Assembly (NCBI GenBank): GCA_905178155.1
Contig: CAJINV010000002.1
Span: 2,043,216-2,107,215, forward strand
DNA: 64,000 bases
Direction of reading: 5' to 3'
From: Amoebophrya sp. A120
Taxonomy: Eukaryota > Protista > Dinoflagellata
The notes under the pieces are model-generated. The model ran no database searches and was not told where the DNA came from. It saw only the letters and a list, made by a program, of their open reading frames with translations. Shown piece after piece: positions 49,601 to 61,600 of the stretch. The position numbers and the translations under genes are program-made. Position 1 is the stretch's first letter; every line of letters begins with the position of its first letter.

Positions 49601-52600
49601 CTCGTGTTTGTTGTTGGTGTTCTGGAGATGCTTTTGGTTTCGCTTTCGCTTTGCCCTTCGCAGCAGGAGCAGTTGTGGTTACAGTAGCTGTCGTCCCCGG
49701 CGCCGTGGTACCTGCAGCAGAGGCTCGCGCTTTCGAAGAAGTTCTGGGCCTGTCGTGAATCGATTTTTCTTTCTCTAAATCCTCAGAAGGAACGTCAGAC
49801 GTGATGATCTCCGGGTCGATCTGCCTCGCGATCTCTTCCTGAGTGAGCGGGGTTTGTTCAAGACCTCCGTCCTTGTTTTTTGTGCTTGCGGCAGGAGCAC
49901 CAGGGGCTGTATCTTCCTTCTCTTTGGACGAGGTTTTCTTTTTCGGTGGTTTGCTACCGCAACCTAGTACCGCCGCGAGCTGGCCAAGACAGGAGGGCGC
50001 AGGGCCGGCAGGAGTCTGCTCTTTTGCTGCAGCAGTATCTGGGCCAACGGCGGTGTCCTTTTTCTCCCCCGCAGCGGAAGCTGCTGCACCTCCGGCCTCT
50101 GCTTGTTCTCCAGCGCCTTCCTCTGCTTTGCTCTTCCGCGGATGTAACCTCACCAGCCCCTCCTTGCTGTCACGCTTCTTTCCCTCGTCCTTCGGCTTGT
50201 TTTTCGCCGCAGTGGTCAAGCTCGTCCAGTCATTATTCAATCCGCGCTTGAAGTCAGAAACTAATTCCTTAAGAGAAAAGCGGAAGTTGTCGTACCGCTC
50301 CCAAACCTCGTCCCCCCGGTTCGGGCTTCGGTAAGACGAGGCGGCGGACTTCAGCGATTCTTTCGAAAGAGCCCGGTTGTTGTTCGAGGGGAGTGCTGCA
50401 GTGGTTTGTTGTTGTTCAGCTAGAACTGCAGTACTGGAAGCCGCTGCAACTGCAGCTTCTTGTTCTTTTTTTCCCTTTTCCTCTTCCCCCTTGGAACTTT
50501 TCCGCGGGTGCAGTCGGACCAACCCCTCTTTGCTCCCCGACCGCTTTTTGCGTTTCGCCTCCTCCTCATCCTCGTCCCGCACTTTAACAAGAGAGTTCCG
50601 TAAAGACTCCTTGATGGCGGGCAGATCCGTGTTCAGCCCGCGACTAAAATCGGAAACCAACTCGTGCCACGCGGAGGCGAAGTTCGTAATCCGCTCGGAG
50701 ATTTCCTCGGACTGGGCGACCTGTTGGACGAAGGAAGTGTTGTTCGAAGGTGTTGCGGTAGTTGTACTAGAGGCTGTCTTTGTAGTCGTAGTCCCGGAAG
50801 TTGAAGTGGTTTTGTAGTTTGCACCAGTAGTCGTGGAAGCTGCTTTTGCATCAGGAGCTTCTTGTTGTGCAGCCGCCGCGGCAGCGGCCTCTTTGGTCCC
50901 GACTTCCTCCACCGTAAAGGACCTGCCAAAGTGGGACTTGTGGTGGTGTTTCTTGTGCTCCTCATGCTGTTGTTCACCACCAGCATTTGGATTTGCCTCT
51001 TCTTTCTTCGAACTCCCTCTAGCGTAGAGCCTGACTTTTTCACTTGATTTACTATTTCGCGTTTCGGGCGCGGCCGGCTTGTCGGGCTTAGCACCTTTGG
51101 AAGCGCGTTTCGCAGGGGAATCGTTGTCGTTTTTCGGCTTTTGTTCATCTTCGTGCTGCTCTCCTGCTGTTTCCTCGCTCTTCTTACTTCCGCGGGAGAA
51201 TAAACGCACTTTGCCCTCCTTCGAGGTGGACCTTTTTTCCTGCTGCTGTTGTTCTGCAGCAGAAGGAGCATTCTGAGTTGTATTTGCTTTTGAAGTCGCT
51301 GATGTCGCTGTCCCTTGCAGGTTCGTCTTCCCTGCTTCCTTTTTCTGCCTCTCCTGCTCCTTCAAAACCTTCAAATCCTCCATACTCCTCACCTCAAAGC
51401 CCCCATCTGCCGTGGCACCGGCAATGATGTTCCCCTTTTTCAGCAATTTCGCCATCACATCCGCCGGCGGGGCGTGCGTCTTGTGGTACCGGTGCTTGTA
51501 CACAACCCCAGGCGCGCCCGCGGCTTGCTTCTCCTTTTTTGCAGCAGAGGAAGCTCCTGCAGCAGCTCCGGGCGGCCCTTCGTTTCCTGACAGAGCGAGG
51601 TCGGAAAGCGCGTCTTCCTCCTCCCCAGAAACTAGTACTGAAGATGTCAAACTTGCATGATGACCATTTTTGTCCAGCGATGAAGAACCTGCAGCAGCAG
51701 CTGCAGCGGCAGCCTGTTTCTTTTTCAACATCCTTTCCTCTTCCTGCTTTTCCCACATCGCTTCGGCCGCTTCGAATGTGCACTTTGTTAAAGCCATCAA
51801 CTCCTCGACCTCTTTCGCCTTTCTGGTCTTCTCGTGCTCCTCTTTCGCGAGTCTCGCTTTTTCCTCCCCGATTTCCCTATCCCGCTGCATCTCTTCCGGG
51901 GAGTAGAACAACCTGGATAATCGTTTCACCTTCACATCGTCCCCCACGTATTCTTGAATCCGGTCCCCCCGGTCCTTTTTCTTCCGTAGATCTAATTTCC
52001 TGGTATTCAAATCCTTTTCCAGGCGCTCCCGGGGGGAGTTTGGAGTTTTGTTCCGCAAAGTGTTTTTCTGCATTCGCCTAGACAACGCCGCTGCTTGCTG
52101 CTTCTCATCAATCTCTCCCGTTTCCGCATCGCGATAGCGGAGTCGCGTTCTTCTATGCGTATCCGGGTCCGCGCGGTGCCAAATCGTGTGCACCACCGCG
52201 GTGAGGTCGTCGTCCATTTCACCTAACACTTGCTTATTCACATTTTCTAACCCTCTGTCCAGATCTTCGAGCAACGATTCTTCATTCCGGTTCTTCAACC
52301 CCTTCAGCAAGTGATCCCCCGCGCCCTCCTTCGCGTGTTCTTTGTGCCGCACACGCTTCACGGGTAAGAAATCTTCGTTGACTTCTTCCCTTCTCGAAAT
52401 TCCGCACCCAAAGTCCCGCGCGACCTCGTCTATCGCGATCCAGCAGTTCGTCAGCCTCTCCCGGACTTCTGGGTGGCGAAGAATCGCCAACCGCTCGTCA
52501 CCCTGGTTCACCGCACCGCGCTTCTGTTTTTTGTCTTCGACGAGTTGAACCGCTTTTCTGCGATTCTTATTCTCTCCTGCGATAACTCCTTCTGAAGTCA

Positions 52601-55600
52601 TATTTTTCTCTCTGTCATCAAGCCGTTTGTTGTATTCAGCTCCTTTGCTTTCCAGTTTTTTGTCGTGAAACACCTCCGAGGATTTCTTTTTAGCCATGTC
52701 CACATCTTCTTGCATAGTTTTCGTCGCAATTTCGTCCTTCATGCGCAACAAGGGATCGGCTTTCTGTAAATCCACGTTTCTGGGCGAGGGAGGGCTCGGC
52801 GAAGGTTCCTTCTCCTCGAGTAGGACTTCTGCCTCCTTCGATTTCCGTGGGAATAACCGCACCATTTCTTTCCCTTGGGAATTCGTCTTTCTCGTCACAG
52901 GGGCTGGCGCTTGACTCGGTTTCTTTTTCGGCTGCGGCTGTGTCCCTACAACAACTCCAGGGTTTTGCGGCGCGCTGCTGCTTCGGCCCCCTTTCCCGGG
53001 CGCTTGAACGGGGGTGGATTTTCTACCGTGGGAGGACAGATCCAGAGGCGGGATAGTAGAGGCCTTGCTGGCCTTAGAAGTATTTACAGCTTCTTCAACA
53101 CTGTTTTTAGTACCGCCCTGCTCGTCGTTCTCATTTCCTTCCGTATCTTCTGGCTTAAAGTTCATCATTTTCCCATCGTGAAACGCCGTCGTCACGGAAT
53201 GGAAGAACTGCTTCCGCCCGTCGGCGCCGTACCTCCCTTCGAACATTAAATTGTCACTCTCCGTTAACTGTTTGTTCAGCTTCGCAGTAGACGGGGTTTG
53301 TTCTTTCGAGAACTGCTTGACCAAAGCCGTTTCTTTCAACTTTTCTGCTTCAATTTCTGCGATAATGTTCCCTTTCATTTTCTCCCGCTCAATCACCGCC
53401 TGCGGTGGCGCTTTGGTCTTGTACTTCCTTTTCCGAAACTTGAACCCGTGGAAGCCCACCCCGCCCATCGGATTTTTGTTCGCTTCCTTCTGCTATCAAC
53501 TGTAAAAATGTCTGGGTCTGAATCCAACTTGTCATGCTAATTTTGGACTCAAAAAAAATCTGTATTGCATGAGCAGCAAAGAGAGTCCAAGTTTTGCTAC
53601 ATGGAAAGAGCATTTGTCATGCGGTATAGGCATCAGGAAGCCCTCACAAAATCTGTGATGCCAGGGCATGCGCATGCGTCACAGGTATCAGGAGTCATGC
53701 AAAATGTGCATGACAAACCTGGCAATCTTCCAGACCCAGACATTTTTACATTTGATATCTGTTCCTCCGTAAGCTCTTCGGAAGATTGGTGGGATTTCAG
53801 ACTCGCGGTTAAAAAGCTGATGTTGCTAAATTGGGAAAGCAAAGAGCTGTCGGACGCGAACCTCGAACTGAAATCCTTCTTATTGTCCGAACGCGCGCTC
53901 AAAGGGCCATCCACTTCGGCGGTTTCGCCTTTCGCAAGGCTTTCTTCCATGTTCGAGTCGTCGCTGATTTGCGCTTCCGGTGCGTCTTTGTCCAAAACCC
54001 CGATATTGATCAGGTGCTCGATTTTCTTCCTTCTCGCCTTTTTTTGCTTGTTCTTCTGCATGATTTCCTCGATTTTCTTCTCGTGTTCCATCTCCGACTT
54101 CCGGTAGTATAAGCGGGTAACCCGTTTCCCCTCGTGGTTTCTGGGGGAAGTGTCTTTGTTCCGAATTGCCCGCTGCTGCTGCCTCCGACTCGCGGCTTCC
54201 TGCTCTTTGTGTTTGTCCCGCTTTCCCTCCTCATCCCGATACACTAACCGCGATCGCCGTGCGGTGTCCGTGTCGGCCGAGCCCCAGAACTTCGTCAGCT
54301 ATCAATTGCAAATATGTCTGGGTCTGGGAGATTCTGAAAGCTGTCACGCACGTTTTGCACTAGCCATGATGTCTGTGATGCATGCCCTAGCATCACAGAT
54401 TTTTTGAGGGCTTCTTGATGCCTGTTCCGCATGACAAATGCCCTCTCCACGAAGGCAAAAATTACATTCCCTTTGCTGCTCGCAATACAATTTTTTTTGG
54501 AATCCAAAGGTAGCATGACAAGTTGCATGTCTCCAGACCCAGGCATATTTGCACTTGATATCAGCCGGTTGGTCACCAAATCGTCCATATCGCGTTTAAT
54601 CGAGCCCCGGAAGCCGTTGTCTAATTCTTGCAAAGCGGCGCGGAAATTACTAATCCGATCCTGAATTTCGTCGCTCGCGAGAAGGCTCGCGAAAACGTTA
54701 GAGGGCCGCCCGGTACTAGACCCTGCATTTGAGGTCCCACCTGTCGACCGACTTTCTTTCTGGACGCTCTGCATATTGGTGCCGTCGTTTCGAAGATTTA
54801 GATTTCCACCTCGGGGCGAGGTTGACTGCGTCCTCGGCGACGCTTCTCTGCTGTTTTTCAGCTTCCTTTGCTTCGGCTTGAAATCCTTTTTTTCCTCCGT
54901 CTTACTGAACCCGCACCCGATAGTCGCAAAGGCGAGATTGATCCCCGCCCAACAATTCGTAAGGACGGCCGACGCGCAGTTTTGGTCGGTTTGTTTCTTG
55001 TTTCGGGGGGAGAGAGAAGAAGATGCTGCTCCTGATGCTCCTGCGGCGCTCGGTTGTTCCTGGTTCGAGTTGAAGACCGAAGAAGAGGCTGCACCCGCAG
55101 CGGCGGCCGCAACAATGTCGGCTTTTCGCTGTTCCTTGCTTTGTTGCTCCCCTCCTCCTTCTCCCAACTCGGCACTGCTTTGCTCCTTTTTGCTCCGGTA
55201 CAGCCTGACTTTCGCCTTCGGAAAGGAGCTGCTACGTTTTTCTGAGGACTCTGCAACGAGAGAAGCATTGCTGGCGGTGGATTTTTTGTTCACAGAAGCT
55301 TTGCCTTTGGTCGTGGTGGAAGAAGTAGACGCCGCTCGTTGTTCAGAAGCGGAACCTTTGGTTGCAGCTTTATTCTCCTTGTTGGTCGAAGCCTTATTTG
55401 TCCCTGCTGATGTCACCGGAACACTAGAGCCTCGCAACGCAGCACTACTCGACGCCACACTGAGCTTCTTCTTCGAACCAGCCGGCACCGCGGGAAGCGG
55501 GTGATTATTTGCATTTATTTCCGTCGAGGTCGCTGCGGATTGCCTTGGCGCTGGTGATTTTGACGTTTCCGCATCGAGCGTGAATTCCGGCATGGGAATA

Positions 55601-57344
55601 GCACGGTTGTTGCCATCTGCCTCGGAACCAGCAGTGCCTCTGCTGCCATCCGAAATCCTCTGCGACGCCGACGCCTCGCCGCGGACGGGCCCCATGGCCG
55701 TGTTCCGCGGGCTTTTTCCCACCAACACGGTGCCCCGAGAGAGAACCGACATTCGTGGATCATAACCAGCACCCGGAAGATCTCCACTCTTCTGTCGGAT
55801 TTGTTGTGCGGTTTCCCTAGGATCCGGCAACATGCTACCTCGAGACATAGCCGTGAAACGCGGGTCTAAATATTGTTCACGTTTATCAGCAGCTCCTGCG
55901 CTCTTTTTTGCGCTTTGTTCCGCTTCTACTGCGATTGCTGCGGTGGCTCGTTTCAGCTCCGCCATCTTTTTCGCCTGCTCGTTGTCTATCTGGATGCTTT
56001 TTTTGTTCCGAATAGCCGCTTTCACCACCGAAATGAAGTTCGGCTTCTCGCCCCGCGCGATGGCATTTTTCTCCTTCAGAAGTGACAGCGCGTTGCTCCA
56101 TCCCTGGCGACCAGCGGACCGGTTGGAAGAGGCTTTGGAGCTGGCAGAGTCTTCACTCCGCGGGCTGTTGCTGGGAGATATCTCCTTTTTCACGAAGTCC
56201 AATCCCTTCTCCAACTGCTGTAAGTTGCTTGTTTTAGTTTTGTTTTGCGAGTTGTGCATCATGCCCATCTGTTTTTCCATTTGAATTTCTTCTTCGATAT
56301 CCTGTTTCGCATGCGAAATAATCTCGAACTTCAGCGGAGGAACGGGGGAGAGACTTGAGGCCTTTTTCGTGAGTCTGTCCAATTCATCTAGCTCACCACT
56401 GCTCAGCGATACCGGTGTTACACCAGCCGCATTGTCGCTGTTTTGGATTTCTTCTTCATCAACCTGATTCGAGGGAATGATTCTTTCCGCGCCCTCCGGG
56501 CTTTCCTCGTGCTCTTGAAGTTGTTCTGCGACTTTTTCATTTTCCTGCCCCGAATCAGATTCCTTGGTCGTGAAACTCATGTGCAACTGGTCATGGGCAG
56601 AACTCGGGGAGGGGGAACTGGCTCTGGCAGGCACTGGATCAGTCTTGGTGCTTGTGCTGGCTTTCCCAGTTGTAATTATCCCATGATCAGCTGAGTTCTC
56701 CCCCTCCCCTACTTTCACATTCTGAGCAACAGTAGCACTACTGCTTTTGACCTGCAGGACCATCTGCTCGTCGTCGCGGTTGTTGTGGTCAACCAGGTAT
56801 CAAATGCAAAAATGTCTGGGTCTGGAAGAATGCAGATTTTTGTCATGTTGTTTTTGCATGACACAAAATGTCTGTCATAGAAGCCCTAGCATCACAGATT
56901 TCGGGAAGCTTCCGCATTGCTCAATCCGCATGACAAATTCTCCATTTTGGTGACAAGAAGTGGGCGCCTTTTGCTCTCCATGCATGAGAGATTTGTCTGT
57001 GTTGTGAAATGCGCATCACAAGTTCGCATCCTTCCAGACCCAGACATTTTTACATTTGATACCATGTGGTGCCCATCCTGCTCCAACAGCCCATCGCGAT
57101 CCAGGCTGGCGCTTTTCGTCTTATGGTTCAAAGGGTCCTCTGACAATAATGGACTTCTGGTACTGTGTTTTTTCTGTTGATGGTGTTGGCCATCATCAAC
57201 ATTTTCTGCTATTCCTGTCGGCTCCTGCTCAGGTCGTTGTGCGGCATTGGTTTCATCAGGTTCGCCCTGGGCGTGGAAAGGCACTGCCTGTCCGTGCTGT
57301 CCCTCCTGTTCCTCCGCCCCCGGAGGGGCGATTTGCTTACCCAT
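43693..57344 (-). CDS. Giant low-complexity protein (~3790 aa) with 4 IQ calmodulin-binding motifs and internal repeats
   Basis: Six ORFs join in frame after removing 4 introners and the ~1.2-kb intron near 45012-46199. IQANFRG/IQANFKG occurs 4 times at an 81-nt period (46430-46720). LDHEIAE...ARPKSHF repeats at 43880-44680. Confidence 0.75.
45012..46212. mobile_element. Degenerate TIR intron enlarged by a ~1-kb GC-rich insertion
   Basis: Imperfect inverted repeat cgttagcat...gtgaattt at ~45029-45072 vs 46150-46197. Can be removed as GT-AG 45012-46199 or non-canonically as 45013-46215; both keep the frame. Confidence 0.65.
48322..48600. mobile_element. Introner family I
   Basis: tatcctgagtaaaaacgtccccacaccagagt / actctggtgtgggtacatttttactcaggata. 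DR tgcat/tgcat. Confidence 0.92.
53494..53757. mobile_element. Introner family A
   Basis: DR tctgc/tctgt. Removal gives EEQKEANKNPMG. Confidence 0.92.
54300..54560. mobile_element. Introner family A (opposite orientation to 53494)
   Basis: DR tcagc/tcagc. Removal gives NRLTKFWGS. Confidence 0.92.
56798..57061. mobile_element. Introner family A
   Basis: DR ccagg/ccatg. Interior is the reverse complement of 28232-28484. Frame restored. Confidence 0.92.
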
Positions 57345-58637
57345 AGATGAAGCTATCTGCTTGTCTTGGTACTACGCTATTTGAGGAGCGATCGCCGGTG
57401 GATTTATTTGATTTTCCACGGAAGGAGGGTCCTCGTAGAAAACATGATGATCGTATAACAAGTACAACATTCTGTTTTCGTATGTTGGGATCCAACGAGT
57501 ACGAGTTCTGTAAGAATCGGGTAGTGAATAACTTTTACTCGAACAAAGTGGTATTATTTTTTCGTGCTTGGGGGCCGCTAGCCTGGAGTTGAGAAAGAGA
57601 AAAAGCATAGAGGTGGCCTAAAATATTTTTTTTCGAACGAAAAAGTCCACCTACGACCTAGAAAAAGCAGGCATGACACAGCCAGAAGGTTTTTTTTTTG
57701 CACGCAACAGGCGAATGTGAACGAATCTGCAACAGCTGCGTTGTTAATGCAGCGACCGAAGGAGTTGCGATGTCAAAAATTAAAATTTTGCACGAAACCG
57801 ATTTCTTTCAGTTTCAGCCATCACATGGCCTTTACCGATTCTTTCTTGTTTTGCACGATAAGTTTTGTAGCTCAAAAAGGAACGCACCGCTTCATTCACA
57901 CAGACATACTACATACACAGGAGCTGTAAAGAGGTGATTGTCCACTTCTCCTTGCTCTGCGGACCGACATCATAAAGCAATTTTCATCTTTTCACTCGAA
58001 CACAACCGCCTCCTGCTTGAGCGTTGTCGCAACAAACCCTTGCATTGGATGGAAGAATTTCAAGTGATAAACGGGGGGAAGGTCGCGCCATGTTGATCAG
58101 CAGCACAATGCATTGTGTCTACTTCAAAGATGAAACTGTCTCATGACCCCTTCTACTTATTTCCTAGTACGTGCTCGCTGCGCTTGAAGGATCATCGGCA
58201 CAAGTTGTGCAATAGCATGCGAAATTTTTATGTTCGCAGAAAAGCTGCTGCTCAAAATGTACTACTGGTGTCGTGGTCGCTGCGAGCGATCTCAAGGTAA
58301 AAATTGTTCAACTAGTAAGCTGTAGAGGGGTCTAGTGCTAGCGGGCTGAACAAAATCATGACATGAATGTGACTGTCTTCTGTGGGGAAACAGAAGAAAA
58401 GATCAGGTCGTTGCTTCAGCTTCTATTTCTAAGTTATATGATGAGGATAGATATAGATAACAAAACGCTACACAGTCTAGTAGTGAACAATGGAAAGTGA
58501 ATGTGAATGCAAAAAAAAAAGTGATGTGTAGTAACTAGGGTTAGATCTAAAAAAGTTCCTGCGCTACGTCATGTGAGAAAGGAAAAGAACGAAAGGTCAA
58601 AAAAAGCAGAAGCAAGGTTTAAAGTTCCATTTTGTTG

Positions 58638-61600
58638 TCACTGGTAGAACCCGCCCTTGCCTTTGTCCTTTCCGCCCTTGCCACTTTTCATCCCCCACGA
58701 CTGTTGGCCATACTGATACGACGACACAGGACTATGATAATTCGACGCATAAGTAGGAGAGTTGGCACTTCCTTCGTTCCTTCGGGCAGATTTTCCACCT
58801 TTCTTGGAAGAAGACGTGCCTGCTCCGTAAGAGTTGTACGATGTTCCAGTTCCTTTCCCGCCTTTATTTCCGTAGGAATTATTGACGGCCGCTGAGGGAG
58901 CCCGAGCATTCGTACTTCGGGTGCTCTCGTTGCTTGTCCTCCTGGTAGTAGCCGAAGCTGTTGTAGTCGACACAGCAGGAGCTGCGGCAACCACTGCGAC
59001 CTGCTCCGGCAAAGAACCTAGCATCGTCTGTCCGGCCCCCGGAGGCAAAAAGCTACCCGACGTTCTGTCCGTTGGAGGTGCCATCGATGCATAATTGTTG
59101 CCGTTATACGTGGAGGAGCTTGCTGGATTTGTGTTTCTCGTCGTCCCTGTGGTAGGACCACTTGAAGACCCCGCTGGTACTACACTTGTTCCGGCTGCGG
59201 CGTTCTGTGTCGCAAATGGAGTAGTAGTTGTTGATGAATTCGTTCCCGCAGTGGTCCTTGGCACTGCGTTCGTTGCATACGGGGTGTTCACGTGCATTGC
59301 CGTCGGCGTTTGGCCCATCAGAATTTGGCTCCGAGACGAGGATGTCGTGTCGGTACTTCTAGAGGTCGATGTCACGACAGTGGAATTCGAATTCTTGTTG
59401 TCGTTGTCCTGCGTACTAGTAGAAGTTTTGTTAATGACAGACTCCCCGCCGATAGCCACGGATTTCTGTTTCGTCCCACCGCTGACAAACTGCGATGGCT
59501 TCACGTCGAAAGAGAGCTTCTCACTGTTTGTGATGTCACCCGTCAGCAAGCTTTCCGTGTAAATGGCCCTTTCTGCAGGAGCTTGTGGTTGTGGGGGTAA
59601 AGTCGTCTGGTTCGAGGGCCTTATTTTTGATGTAGAAGATGCTGCGCTAGTAGCTCCACCTGGGCCCCCGCTGTTGTTGCTTTCACCTGCATTGTTCATG
59701 CTTACGCTTACCACCCGGATTCCACCAGCATCGGATGTAGTTCTTCTTGATGTTGAATCTTGCGTCATATTGGTTTTCCGCGAGAAATCTGTGTGATCGG
59801 CGACGACTGGGGGTGGCAAATCGAAAATCTGCCCCGACTTCGGGATATTCGGATTTAACGTAATCGAAGTCACCGCGCTCAATCCGCTCTCCAAGCTTCT
59901 TCGTTCTTTATCCACAAGAGCCACCGACGGCGTCGCCGTCGCGCGGCTTAAACCCGAATCCCGAGTAAACCGGTACCCCGCATCCCGCGTCGGGTCCGCC
60001 CCGTGCTTATCCTGCGCAAAAGTATCGCACTTGCACTTGCAGTAATGGTACTCGCAGTCATGCATTACAAACTTCCCTCTTAATCTGAATCCGCATTACA
60101 AACTCCATTCTTCTTGCTGAGGGAATTTGTCATCATGCGAATTAAAATTATACTAGTACGATGCTTTTGCATTTCATAGTGCTCGATCGGCGGCCACGCG
60201 GACGCATCTGTCGGGCCGAGCGGGCCGGTGGGGATTTGCATAATCGTGTTCCGATTCACGTCAAACATGCGGTAAACCTGGACAAACACCCGATTCCAGA
60301 GCCAGAAATCGAACTCGGCATTCTCCCGGAATTGTTTTTCCGTTTCCGTTTCGTTCTCGTGCTTATCGTGATCGGTGGAGATATTGCTGTTACTCGAAAC
60401 CGCAGAGGCGTTGGAGGAATAATTTGCGGCTGGAGATGAGAGAAGATTCTTCGGGTTGTTGTCCCTTTTCTTCCTCAACTCTTGCAACGTCTTCTGCCCA
60501 CCCGCGTGTTGCTGCGCGCGCTGCAGTAACTCCTTCGCCCGGTTGTGGTGCCCGAGTTCCCCCTCAACAGTACCAATTTCCCCCTCGGGAAAATTCTCAA
60601 TCTCGCCTTCGGAGTTCAATTGGTTCAACACCTCACCCTCGTGTGTTTCGTTTGATGGACCATACGTGTACTTTCCTCCTTTCAACAGAACCTCTTCATG
60701 ACTCACATCGCTTCTGCGCGAGGAACTGATCCTTCTGCTACTGTGCTTCTCAGTACTGCTATCAGTTTGACTTGTCATGTGGCTGGTAGCATAGTGACTG
60801 GTAGGGTAACGCATGTTGTGCGGTCCATTGGCCGCGAGGGTCTGGAACGCGCCCAAGTCCATCACGTGAAGCTCAGCGGGCGCATCGCCACTGCTGCTCC
60901 GCACGATGTTGTGCTCATACTCAATCACCTCGCCTTCAGCGTGTGGTTGTGCTGCTGCTAAGGGGAAGTCGACCTCGAGAAAGCTGCTCATGCTGGAGTT
61001 CGGGCCACCTGGGTTAATCACGATCACTTGGTCATCCGTTTCGTTGGAAGCGCCAGTTTTCCGAGTGCCAGCACCTTGCTGTTGCTGCGAGGACGCAACT
61101 CCTCCTGCAGCATTCTGTGCTGAAGATGCACCCGCCCCGGCGACTCCGCCAGTTGCAGAAGAATTATCACCCACGACCACGGTACTAGCCGCCGCCACCA
61201 GGTCTCGTGCGAGACTAAGTTTTTCACCGCTTAAGGTTCCTTTCTTCTGCAGCTGCATAGCAGAACTTGTGTAGTTCTGTGGGAATTTGCTGGAGGAAGG
61301 GCCTTCCTTCGGATTGTAGCTCGAGGAAACTCCACTTTGCTCCGTATCCGCGTCGGAGGTTGTTGTATCCGGGAGAAGATTTTGATTTTGCTGCTGTTGT
61401 AACGGTTCTTGACCCGTCACGCTCACTTTGACTCCCGGCGCGGTTTGCACGATGGCGGTGGGAGATGAGAGCGCGGCTGGTGACGTTGTCCTACTCATGG
61501 TAGAAGCTTGCTTTACATGATCAGACGCGGCACGAGAAGCCGAAGATATGTGGGTCATATCCGACTTTCTGCTAATACTATCCCTGGTCGGCGCAGCTCC

